A stretch of DNA of 64,000 nucleotides from a virus. Below, one piece after another: positions 17,684 through 25,947 of the stretch (positions are counted from its first letter, which is position 1; every line of letters begins with the position of its first letter). The notes below the pieces were generated by a model, which saw only the letters and a list, made by a program, of their open reading frames with translations, was not told the origin of the DNA and did not search any database. The stretch spans positions 24,726 to 88,725 of the IMG/VR virus record IMGVR_UViG_3300009285_003054. The stretch is one strand, 5' to 3'. The translations under genes and the position numbers were made by a program.

Positions 17684-18118
17684 TTACGGGGTGGGGGTGA
17701 CCAAGGGGTGCCTAAACTCGGCCCCCAAGTCCTGCAGATCTGCCAGGAAGCCTTCCCGGTACTGCGGCAGGATAGCCACCAGAGCAGGCTTCATATCGAT
17801 AGGGTATGGCTGATTGAAGAAGTCGATGCATTCCTTCAACCCCAACCCCCAACGCACTATACCTACCTTCTTATCCTCTTCTGGCTGATGAGAGTGAGAG
17901 GAATACATCCGAAGGAGTTTGATCGCTTTGACCGGCTTGGTAAGCAGCCGACCATCATCATCGTATCCCAGAGGGATACTTAGCAATGTCGGGTACTTAG
18001 CCTTAACCAACAGGCCCAACCGAATGAACACCAGCTCATTGAAGGTAACGTTCTCAACCCTGGCATCCTGTAGCATAGCTGCTACAACCGAATCTGCTAT
18101 CTCTACGGTCACTCTCAT
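17684..18118 (-). CDS. Ribbon-helix-helix-like N-terminus fused to a ribosomal bL12 (L7/L12) C-terminal-like domain
   Basis: MRVTVEIADSVVAAMLQDAR..NVTFNELV is RHH-like. KPVKAIKLLR...GLGLKE...LADLQDLGAEF aligns with the bL12 CTD KVAVIKAVR..GLGLKE...LKKALEEAGAEV. AAGGAG RBS. Confidence 0.65.
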   Translation of the reverse strand: MRVTVEIADSVVAAMLQDARVENVTFNELVFIRLGLLVKAKYPTLLSIPLGYDDDGRLLTKPVKAIKLLRMYSSHSHQPEEDKKVGIVRWGLGLKECIDFFNQPYPIDMKPALVAILPQYREGFLADLQDLGAEFRHPLVTPTP

Positions 18119-18156
18119 TCCTTCTCCTTTGTGCAGCCTCTTCTTGATTTCCGAAG

Positions 18157-18186
18157 ATTGCCATATTGCCACACCGTATTGCCACA
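18157..18186. repeat. Three ATTGCCA direct repeats (two as TATTGCCACA), possible operator
   Basis: Read directly. Lies 39-68 nt upstream of the RHH-like gene start. Confidence 0.6.
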
Positions 18187-18200
18187 TTTGATCCGGGGAT

Positions 18201-18434
18201 TTAGGGAATTAGCTGTGTGCCACAAAGCTGGCACCATAGCTGATAATCCATCCCGCGCTGCGACCCGTATTCTACAGTATCCGTGTGCAAGCACTCCCCT
18301 GGACTTGGAAACTGTGCCGGAATCTTTACACCACAGATCTGACATTGAAGATCCTCTAGACCTCCGGGGTACTGCTGTAGTACCACGGTGTTAGTGTGTT
18401 GACAATTATCATTGCACTGGCCCATCTTGGTCAT
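18201..18434 (-). CDS. Small protein with two C-x-H-T...CxxCG zinc modules
   Basis: CQHTNTV...CQICG and CLHTDTV...CQLCG internal duplication. First gene after the 18521 promoter. Confidence 0.7.
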   Translation of the reverse strand: MTKMGQCNDNCQHTNTVVLQQYPGGLEDLQCQICGVKIPAQFPSPGECLHTDTVEYGSQRGMDYQLWCQLCGTQLIP

Positions 18435-18492
18435 CCTTTACTTTTACTTTTTGTTCCAAAAAAAAAACAGTCTACGTTGCTTTAGAGTTTCA

Positions 18493-18521
18493 AGTGTAGC
18501 ACGGATTCAGTTTCCTGTCAA
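18493..18521 (-). promoter_or_regulatory. sigma70 promoter TTGACA-17-TACACT (extended -10 TG)
   Basis: Read directly on the minus strand, with an A-rich tract upstream. Confidence 0.8.
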
Positions 18522-18538
18522 GGGTAATTTTTTTAGGG

Positions 18539-19351
18539 ATGTTAACTATGCAGAAAACCAGTACTAAGGTCAAGACTTACTCCAGTATCCGAGGAAACAA
18601 AGGAAGGCCATCCCCGCAAGAAGAGCTAGTCAGAAAAGAACGGATGTTCCGACAAGATCCTACCAATATGTCGATGGTAGACAAGTTACGTCTTGCTCGG
18701 AAATTGGCTGCCGAAGGGAAATCATCCAAGTTCATAGTCAGAAAGACCACCCTTATCTTAGAGGAAGCAAAGGCCATTCGCGCGGCGGTACGTGGGGTTG
18801 AACTCCGCTCGAATCACATTCAGATCCTCAGGAGGAGTCTGCAGAAGATCACACAAGATCTTATTCCTCTAGCGGAGGCAGCCTACCAGGACTCACCTAC
18901 TGGGTATAATGCCTCGGCTATTACCTCATTGTCTTCCGAGGCACGCTGTACTATTTCGGATATAGAGAATCTACAGCAACCCGAAACAACTGCACTAGAG
19001 ATCATCCAGAACATCTTCCAACCGTTCTTAGCCGCAGTCATGAGAGAAACGGTTATGGAGGCTCGGAAAGCCAGAACCGATAGTAGAGCTGTCTGCCCTT
19101 CGAGAGCCGCAGAGATAGCGGTTGACAGTGCTTTCAAAAAGATGAATTTGAGTCTTGGGGTAGCGTACAAGGGGCTCTATGCAGAATTCACAGAGAAACT
19201 CGGGATAGTCCTCAAATGCGACTTGCAGGAACTGCGTAACATGGCTACCAATGGGCGTAAAGTGGCTATGGATAACAGTGATTCTGTGGACTCAGGCTCT
19301 AATGAACGGAGACCCTGGGAGGATGACAAGAGTTTTGAGTACGATACCTAA
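18539..19351 (+). CDS. Helical hypothetical protein (terminase small subunit is one possibility)
   Basis: Long alpha-helical ORF about 3 kb from the terminase. Function not demonstrable from sequence. Confidence 0.6.
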   Translation: MLTMQKTSTKVKTYSSIRGNKGRPSPQEELVRKERMFRQDPTNMSMVDKLRLARKLAAEGKSSKFIVRKTTLILEEAKAIRAAVRGVELRSNHIQILRRSLQKITQDLIPLAEAAYQDSPTGYNASAITSLSSEARCTISDIENLQQPETTALEIIQNIFQPFLAAVMRETVMEARKARTDSRAVCPSRAAEIAVDSAFKKMNLSLGVAYKGLYAEFTEKLGIVLKCDLQELRNMATNGRKVAMDNSDSVDSGSNERRPWEDDKSFEYDT

Positions 19352-20195
19352 GCTATCCCCTATCCGAAAGATCTACTGGGAATTTGTCCGGGAGCGCAAT
19401 CGAATCTTCGAGAAGAGAAGACAAGGGTGTACCTGGCCCTGGACATCTGACAGAGTATTGCAACAATATCGATTCACCAATACTTATCGTTGGCTAGACC
19501 GTACAAGCCAGTACTTACTGCTTTTGCAAGAAAAAGCCCCACCCCGCGCCAAGATCCATGTAACTCTGTTATTCAAGCTTTTCAACTCGATAGACACCTG
19601 GGCAAATGTCTTGCGGGAGTTTCGCGATCCCCGCGACTACGACCCAGAGAGATGCGCCAACGCACTGGATAGTTATGCACACTCCGGAAGGTGCATCTTC
19701 AGTGGGGCATATCTTATCCCGCCTATCCCATCCCTGGTCAAACCCGGAGAATCCAAAGCACGGGCTTACTGCCGCTTGGTACCCCTGTTGTCAGATGTGG
19801 TCAATCAGCACACCGTATCACACTGTGACATTTCGGTGATGTACCAAGCACTGCGTGAGCAACCTGGGATGGGGGATTTCATGGCTATGCAATTGGCCAC
19901 CGATCTTTCCTATGGGGTACCCGAGAAGATCTTGGATATGGGGGAGTTTGTAGTACCCGGTCCAGGTGCTATTCGTGGTGCGTACAAACTAGTGAGAAAG
20001 ACAGTGTCGTCCGAGGGTACTGCGGATTTGATTCTGGAGCTATTTGAACAACAACTGCAACTTTGGCCACGGGGGTATGCTACCAACTATCCTTTGAATC
20101 TCTTCGGTATCCCGCTCTACGCCATGGACATCCAGAATACACTCTGTGAATTCGATAAGTACTGTCGGGTAGCCAGACACGAGCTAAGTGGGTGA
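19323..20195 (+). CDS. aGPT-Pplase1 / 5-hmdU DNA kinase helical-domain family protein
   Basis: Family signature F..ER..I...R...WPWTSDRVLQQYRFTNTYRWLDR.SQY, followed by LFKLFN..DTW, IFSGAY, GMGDFMAMQ..DL.Y, PGPGAIRG and IQNTLCEFDKY.R. ORF track start is 19251. Confidence 0.85.
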   Translation: MTRVLSTIPKLSPIRKIYWEFVRERNRIFEKRRQGCTWPWTSDRVLQQYRFTNTYRWLDRTSQYLLLLQEKAPPRAKIHVTLLFKLFNSIDTWANVLREFRDPRDYDPERCANALDSYAHSGRCIFSGAYLIPPIPSLVKPGESKARAYCRLVPLLSDVVNQHTVSHCDISVMYQALREQPGMGDFMAMQLATDLSYGVPEKILDMGEFVVPGPGAIRGAYKLVRKTVSSEGTADLILELFEQQLQLWPRGYATNYPLNLFGIPLYAMDIQNTLCEFDKYCRVARHELSG

Positions 20196-20210
20196 GATAG
20201 CAGAACAAGG

Positions 20211-20315
20211 ATGAAGCGAAAATACCCAAATCCTGGGAGTATTATAGGAAGTCGAAAACTTCCAGGGGTAAGGTTTCCTAAGTATCTTCTAGACAGAAAG
20301 GAAATTTATGGCTAA
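20211..20315 (+). CDS. Possible 34-aa basic peptide (MKRKYPNPGSIIGSRKLPGVRFPKYLLDRKEIYG)
   Basis: Exactly bridges the gap and overlaps the next ATG. Below the ORF-track cutoff. Confidence 0.4.
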   Translation: MKRKYPNPGSIIGSRKLPGVRFPKYLLDRKEIYG

Positions 20316-20895
20316 GCGAATAACAATGGAGTACTTTGAGAAATACGCGCAAGGGATGCACTATTGTGAGGGTGGTGCAGAGCTGTATTTTGGCCCACAG
20401 GATGCTATCGCGATCCGGGACATCTGTGAGACTGTCTTCGGACTGCACATAATACGTATCCTGGACGCGGGAAGTGCCAATGGGTTCTCCACACACCTAC
20501 TACGAAATCTAGGAATGGACGCAGTTGGGATTGAAATATGCCCCGAGATGCATGCTCAAACCCTGGAGTGTGTTCGACCCTACAACATTCTCGGGTCCAT
20601 CACCAAGCTACCATTTGCACCCAATTCTTTCGATGTAGTGTGGACATCGGCACTCACATATCTCCCTACCCGAAAACAGGTTCAGCAAGCACTCAAGGAG
20701 TTTGCTCGAGTGGGTGATTATCTGATTGCTTGGTTATTGACTGAGGACGAGGCACAGAAACGTAATGTCTACGATGCATATGCCAACATCCGAATGACGT
20801 GTAGTGGGTGGGTTGCTGAGATTGAGAGATCAGGGCTTTGGGTGGAGGATGTAGCAAACCGAAAGTATGGGATGGTATTCCGGAGGAAAGCGTAG
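20308..20895 (+). CDS. Class I SAM-dependent methyltransferase
   Basis: ILDAGSANG, VGIEIC, GSITKLPF..NSFDVV and ALKEFARVG motifs. AAGGA RBS. Confidence 0.85.
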   Translation: MAKRITMEYFEKYAQGMHYCEGGAELYFGPQDAIAIRDICETVFGLHIIRILDAGSANGFSTHLLRNLGMDAVGIEICPEMHAQTLECVRPYNILGSITKLPFAPNSFDVVWTSALTYLPTRKQVQQALKEFARVGDYLIAWLLTEDEAQKRNVYDAYANIRMTCSGWVAEIERSGLWVEDVANRKYGMVFRRKA

Positions 20896-21010
20896 ATGCT
20901 TATTTGGACATGCGGATTTGGTCAGGCGGGTGTGTTCTTGCGAATCCGAAGTACACGTGCCGCTCGGTAATACATTTGACTTCATCTTGTCCTCCGAAGC
21001 TATATACCTG

Positions 21011-21295
21011 TCAGTGGGGGAGGGTAACCGCGACGCATCTTTTCCATCCGGCATTAGCCAGTGTGTTGTTGTCAACCAGCCAGTGTACGTCGGTACGTGA
21101 TACCTGCCCCAGAACACTCTGCGCGAAACGCATGATATCCAGAGGCTCATGCAGTCCCCAGTGCAGATGGGTATTAAGCTCCAATAGATCCTGCCTTCCC
21201 GCTCTGGTACCTTTGGTAATGATCGTTTCAAAGACGGCCTTGACACTCTTCACCGCACGTTTCTGCGCTGCGGTGAGGGGAAGTACGTTACTCAT
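21011..21295 (-). CDS. Small early hypothetical protein
   Basis: AAGGAG RBS, directly behind a perfect sigma70 promoter. Confidence 0.7.
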   Translation of the reverse strand: MSNVLPLTAAQKRAVKSVKAVFETIITKGTRAGRQDLLELNTHLHWGLHEPLDIMRFAQSVLGQVSRTDVHWLVDNNTLANAGWKRCVAVTLPH

Positions 21296-21337
21296 GATTT
21301 TCTCCTTTCGGGTTCTTAAAGCAAAGGGTACCTCTTT

Positions 21338-21366
21338 ATTATAGCACATTAGAAGCCAGATGTCAA
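21338..21366 (-). promoter_or_regulatory. Perfect-consensus sigma70 promoter TTGACA-17-TATAAT (extended -10 TG)
   Basis: Read directly on the minus strand. Confidence 0.9.
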
Positions 21367-21559
21367 GCGAAAAATTAACCACATGCACACAGGAGACAAG
21401 AATGCCGGTAACAGGATATTCTCAAACAGTCTCTATGGACCTCTAAATGCAATGGCGACAGGAGTTCATAGAACATGTGTGAGGGGTAATAGGTACACAC
21501 GATCCACGACTGGCTACAACCCCGGATTGGGCGTGTGCTCTTGCTGATCCAAGCTGTTC

Positions 21560-22180
21560 TCAACGTACTTGGAACAGTCTAGTACGCTGACCTGGTCGTA
21601 TGATATCAGTCACTAAGATAGCCACTCCTGGGTTGGCTGCGTGTACTGCATCAATAATGCGGCCATCTTGTGGCACCAGGATTGCCGTACTGTAGCATGC
21701 GGGAACCTGGATGGATCCATCAGGTAGTCTAATAGCTTGCACATCGATAGATACGGGATGCAAGCTCGGGCCATCGAGGACATCGACCACAAACGGACCC
21801 GGGATCGCCCGCTGGATCGAAAGCAAGCGTGAATCTGCAAGTTCTACAAAATCTACAAAACCAGCGGAGCGCCACGCGGGCCAGCCTGCGTCGTCACCAT
21901 CTGGCGCAGTAGGAACTTTGAGGAAGTCTACCTCGAGCCCATCTGGGGCTCGATCGAGGTCATCGCAGATGAAGCCCCCGTCTGGTTGACGCATACCCGA
22001 AAGGGGGACACAAAATGGAACAAGACTGGCAGAACGTGCCCACCCAACAGCTGCGGCAAACCGCAGGACAATTACTCCCAGAGTATTCGGTGTGTGTCCT
22101 TTCGGGCAGTCTCGATCGTCATCACCGTAATCAACGCTTTTATTCAGAGTATAAATTGCGTCCCAGTTGTGAAACCCCAA
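21560..22180 (-). CDS. Hypothetical protein (start uncertain)
   Basis: Longest ORF in the interval. Competes with plus-strand ORF 22015..22290. Confidence 0.4.
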   Translation of the reverse strand: MGFHNWDAIYTLNKSVDYGDDDRDCPKGHTPNTLGVIVLRFAAAVGWARSASLVPFCVPLSGMRQPDGGFICDDLDRAPDGLEVDFLKVPTAPDGDDAGWPAWRSAGFVDFVELADSRLLSIQRAIPGPFVVDVLDGPSLHPVSIDVQAIRLPDGSIQVPACYSTAILVPQDGRIIDAVHAANPGVAILVTDIIRPGQRTRLFQVR

Positions 22181-22245
22181 AAGAACCGGGAACGCAGGGT
22201 GGCTCCCCTGGCTTTATCTCCGGGGTGAAGACGAGCGGGTGTATG

Positions 22246-22277
22246 GCTGTTGCGGGGTATGTAACCCCCGCAACAGC
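22246..22277. other. Perfect 12-bp GC-rich stem-loop (GCTGTTGCGGGG-8 nt-CCCCGCAACAGC)
   Basis: Read directly. No U-tract on either side. Confidence 0.8.
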
Positions 22278-22314
22278 GACAGCGAAATGACAAAGATTAA
22301 TCATTTGACACCCT

Positions 22315-22500
22315 CTAAGTTTTTTTGATAAGTTCAGGTTTCACTAACTCGAGCCACTTCTTACGAACCTCCGCCAGAACATCGAATCGCGCTTTCGTCT
22401 CGGCGATAAAGATTCCTGAGTTTTCATTGTTCAGCTTACATACCGCCAATCGTGACCGATTAAGCTGATCCTCAAACCATAAGAGGAATTCATTCATCAC
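22315..22500 (-). CDS. Small hypothetical protein
   Basis: GGAGGTG RBS. Confidence 0.65.
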   Translation of the reverse strand: MMNEFLLWFEDQLNRSRLAVCKLNNENSGIFIAETKARFDVLAEVRKKWLELVKPELIKKT

Positions 22501-22630
22501 CCACCTCCATTTTACCCGTCTGTGTTGTTAGGCGAAAAAGTCTGTATCTATCATCTGTACTTGTCTTTAGTGTTTCTTTGAAAGGGTAGCTTATACTTAC
22601 TAAATCCAACAAATATTCTGGATCTACTAG

Positions 22631-25189
22631 ATGAACTCACCGTGTGTCCTACCTACCGATGTTGATCCAAAGCGTATACTCCATGTAGTATACAATTCCT
22701 TGAGTATCAACGAGTTACAGCAGCTCTACGATCGATGTGGGAGATCTACCAAAGCCATGCGTATTTGCTTGGGAATTCGGGGGGTAGTCTCAAGCAAAAA
22801 GCTCAGTAGGGACCTCTATGACAAAGGGGTCCTGCTCCATCCCGATGATATGCTTGACCAGAGGCTAGGGGTGGCGGGTAAGACTCGATTGGAACTGAGC
22901 AAATACGCTGTATTCGATTTGGGGGATGGCTTTGACCCTGAGTCGATGATGGAAGATGCCATCGATTCTGATCTTGATCCATCCGTGTTCTCTGACATGG
23001 ACATCCGAGAACTAGACAACCCCCCTAATTTCTTCGAGTACGTCACCGGAAGGAAATACCTCAACACCACGATCTTCCCGAGACAGTTCCAGATTCAGCT
23101 TGGATTTTTTGAAGAATTTTGTCCGTGGTGTAGTGACAAAGAATTTGTCAAAGACATCCATCTATCACCCTATCCTTCAGAGGATGGTATACATCGGAGA
23201 CCATGGACTAACGATGAAATCCTTAGCAAAGTAACCCTCTACCAACACGGCAAGTGTCCAAAGTGTAAGCGTACATACATTGACGCTTTCAATGACCCTA
23301 GACAACCTCATCGTTTCCCCAAGGAAGTGGACGCTTGCATTGGGCAGCGGGGTGGAAAAACCCGCATGACCGAACACATGATGTCGTACAACGAGACACG
23401 CTTCCACCTGCTTTCCCCCTCGCCACAGCAATTCTTCGGAGAAGACGCCACCCAGAAGTTCTCAGCTATCTATACCGCCCTGGAGATGACACAAGCGCAA
23501 GACACTCTTTGGGGGGCATACCATCTTCGGGTATTGGCTGCTCCGTGGTGGCACAACTACCACAAATGGTTGGATCATCATGGCAAACGACTAGGAGTAG
23601 AACTCTATCGTATCAAAGAGACATACCATTTCTATGCGAACACATTGCTCCATAGTGTCCTACGTCCCCCATTTGCGAAGAAGATGCGAGGCCGAACATC
23701 CTTTGATGGTGGCATAGATGAGATTGGTATGTTCGCAAAAAGGGAGGGGAGCATCGTTGCAAATGCCGACGAAGTCCACAAATCTATCGGCAACAGCTTG
23801 ATGACACTCCGGGGGAAAGCGGATCAGCTTCTCCGGAGAGGGGTATTGGGTGTTCCCGCACCCGCACTCTTCTGCATTTCATCTCCGTGGGAACTCCTTG
23901 ATAAGATTATGACACTGGTACGGACAGTTGACAAAGATCCTACCCGAGTAGCATACCACTATCCCACTTGGGATTTCAACCCAAATCTTCATCGAGATGA
24001 TCCACAGATGGAAGCCGAGTTTCTCAACGATCCGGTGGCAGCAGAGAGAGACTTCGGAGCTATCCCCCCTTTTGCGAAAGATCCGTTCCACCCAGTTCCC
24101 GATGCAATTGATTACCTGGAGGTTCCCGCACTCCACCAAGTGTTCATCCAGCAGATTAAGTATTGCACCACAAAGAGCGGAAAGCGTTTGGTTTATGCCG
24201 TGCCTCTGCGTATGCAATCCGATCATGTTACACCCAGATTGCTATGCTTGGACGCTGGTGAGTCCGATAACTCATTTGCATTGACTCTCTGGAGATTGGT
24301 GGATTTACCTGCTCCACCGGCAGACACCATGGCTGAGTCAGACGACGATGACGACGATGACGAGGATATCCGGGTGGTAATGGCGGCGATAGCAGCAGAG
24401 AAACACACGAAAGTACCTGGTGATGAGCATCGTGGCAGAGTTACTTACATGCAGCTCGACGGGGCTATTGAGGTACAACCCTTTGTAAACGAAAGTGGAT
24501 ACCAGTATAGGGTGTCTTTCTCAAAGATGTGGAAGTACTGTATTGAACCCATCATTCGGGCATTCAATCTGGTGGGGGTTATTGGGGACCGGTGGAACAT
24601 CACACAGATTATGAACTCAATTGAAGAGTTAGGGGTATACACCGAACAATACAGCTTGGTGTGGTCGGATTTCCTTGCATTCAAAGAGAAGACCAGTGCC
24701 CGCGAACTCCGACTCCCATCCCCCGAACGACCATTTACGGATGTCTACACAGACTACGACAAAGCTGTCCGTGGAGCACCGATTCTACATTTAGTCGTAC
24801 AGTACAAGACTGTACGCCAAGTAGGGCGTACAGTTACCAAACCACCCAGCGGTACGGATGATCTTTACCGTACTATGGTATTAGCACATCGGTTTGCCTT
24901 CAGTGAGAAGGCAGTCAAAGAGATTGACGGGAGGGAAATAAGCTTTTTCGAGCTGCTCCATCGTGAAGGAAAGATGGAGCGAGTAAACCGCGCAGTTTCA
25001 GTTATCATGTTGCATGGTGGGAGTGGTAGCTCATCCCCAATGGCACAGGTGGGTGGTGGATTTACCCGGCTAGGTGGGTACGTTTCGAGGGGTGGTGCAG
25101 CTGGGGGGGTTACCGGTGGGAACTCATACTCTAACGTTGCCACCCACGGTGGGAAGGGTGGGGACAGTCCTAGTACGCGGAGACAATGA
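22631..25189 (+). CDS. terL: Terminase large subunit
   Basis: Walker A GQRGGKT, Walker B GGIDEIG, ISSP coupling motif, WDFNP/RDFGA, RNase-H-like nuclease LDAGESDNSF...DRWN...DDL. Upstream of the portal gene. Confidence 0.9.
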   Translation: MNSPCVLPTDVDPKRILHVVYNSLSINELQQLYDRCGRSTKAMRICLGIRGVVSSKKLSRDLYDKGVLLHPDDMLDQRLGVAGKTRLELSKYAVFDLGDGFDPESMMEDAIDSDLDPSVFSDMDIRELDNPPNFFEYVTGRKYLNTTIFPRQFQIQLGFFEEFCPWCSDKEFVKDIHLSPYPSEDGIHRRPWTNDEILSKVTLYQHGKCPKCKRTYIDAFNDPRQPHRFPKEVDACIGQRGGKTRMTEHMMSYNETRFHLLSPSPQQFFGEDATQKFSAIYTALEMTQAQDTLWGAYHLRVLAAPWWHNYHKWLDHHGKRLGVELYRIKETYHFYANTLLHSVLRPPFAKKMRGRTSFDGGIDEIGMFAKREGSIVANADEVHKSIGNSLMTLRGKADQLLRRGVLGVPAPALFCISSPWELLDKIMTLVRTVDKDPTRVAYHYPTWDFNPNLHRDDPQMEAEFLNDPVAAERDFGAIPPFAKDPFHPVPDAIDYLEVPALHQVFIQQIKYCTTKSGKRLVYAVPLRMQSDHVTPRLLCLDAGESDNSFALTLWRLVDLPAPPADTMAESDDDDDDDEDIRVVMAAIAAEKHTKVPGDEHRGRVTYMQLDGAIEVQPFVNESGYQYRVSFSKMWKYCIEPIIRAFNLVGVIGDRWNITQIMNSIEELGVYTEQYSLVWSDFLAFKEKTSARELRLPSPERPFTDVYTDYDKAVRGAPILHLVVQYKTVRQVGRTVTKPPSGTDDLYRTMVLAHRFAFSEKAVKEIDGREISFFELLHREGKMERVNRAVSVIMLHGGSGSSSPMAQVGGGFTRLGGYVSRGGAAGGVTGGNSYSNVATHGGKGGDSPSTRRQ

Positions 25190-25530
25190 TGAACCTTCGA
25201 CGAACGCAGCAACTCTTGACCCAATCTGAACAGCTAATCTCTCCCATTGGGAATGCCCTAGCCTCGGGAGGTATGCGTTTAGCTGGTGTGGATATCCAAG
25301 GGGGGTTGGCTGATCGCTTCATGGCGCATAACAGCGTACTCGGGGTAGGGGCAATTCTCCAGCCATCTGGAATGGGGGTCCCTGGGGAAATTCGAGCACA
25401 TACCTGCCCCCGTTGTAAACGTCCGTCTTCGTTAGTCCGTCTGGCAAGCGGGGCTAATGTACGCTACTGTGAAAACGGATGTCGTTATGCCATCCCCCTC
25501 CCGGGGGTGGATTTGATCAAAAACAACTAG
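25186..25530 (+). CDS. Small zinc-ribbon protein
   Basis: CPRC...YCENGC. ATGA overlap with terL. Confidence 0.7.
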   Translation: MMNLRRTQQLLTQSEQLISPIGNALASGGMRLAGVDIQGGLADRFMAHNSVLGVGAILQPSGMGVPGEIRAHTCPRCKRPSSLVRLASGANVRYCENGCRYAIPLPGVDLIKNN

Positions 25531-25545
25531 TAGGATTGGTGTACT

Positions 25546-25890
25546 ATGCACATTAAAGCAACAATTCAACGTTATCGTAGGATCCTTGCGGCCGCATCTA
25601 CGTGGGTAGGTATCAAACAGATTATCGGAGATACCAAGAAGCAGTATCCACCAGAACTCGTCCGTGCGTGTAAAAGAGTCAAAAGCATCGCACCCAATGC
25701 TCTTGTGAAGATGCAGAAGAATGGCGTACAGTTAGCCATCCCCAAAACGAATGAAGACCCCGATGGGGAAGAAGCCGCCGCAGCGTTCATGATGAACAAG
25801 GGAAAATTAGTGTATGAAGGTGTGGCAGCAAGTGACGAGAAAATCAATGGGACTACATTCGTAGTCCATATGATGATCTCGCAGTATTAA
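25546..25890 (+). CDS. Hypothetical protein
   Basis: Clean ORF within the head operon. Confidence 0.7.
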   Translation: MHIKATIQRYRRILAAASTWVGIKQIIGDTKKQYPPELVRACKRVKSIAPNALVKMQKNGVQLAIPKTNEDPDGEEAAAAFMMNKGKLVYEGVAASDEKINGTTFVVHMMISQY

Positions 25891-25947
25891 TTAGCACCCT
25901 ACTTACACCACTCGCCTATACTATACCCACCATAATCTCGGTGATCT

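Noticed and set aside
22015-22290. Plus-strand 91-aa ORF with a GGGGG-type RBS
   Set aside because: It overlaps the longer minus-strand ORF and the 22246 hairpin. I cannot decide between them, so it is not called.
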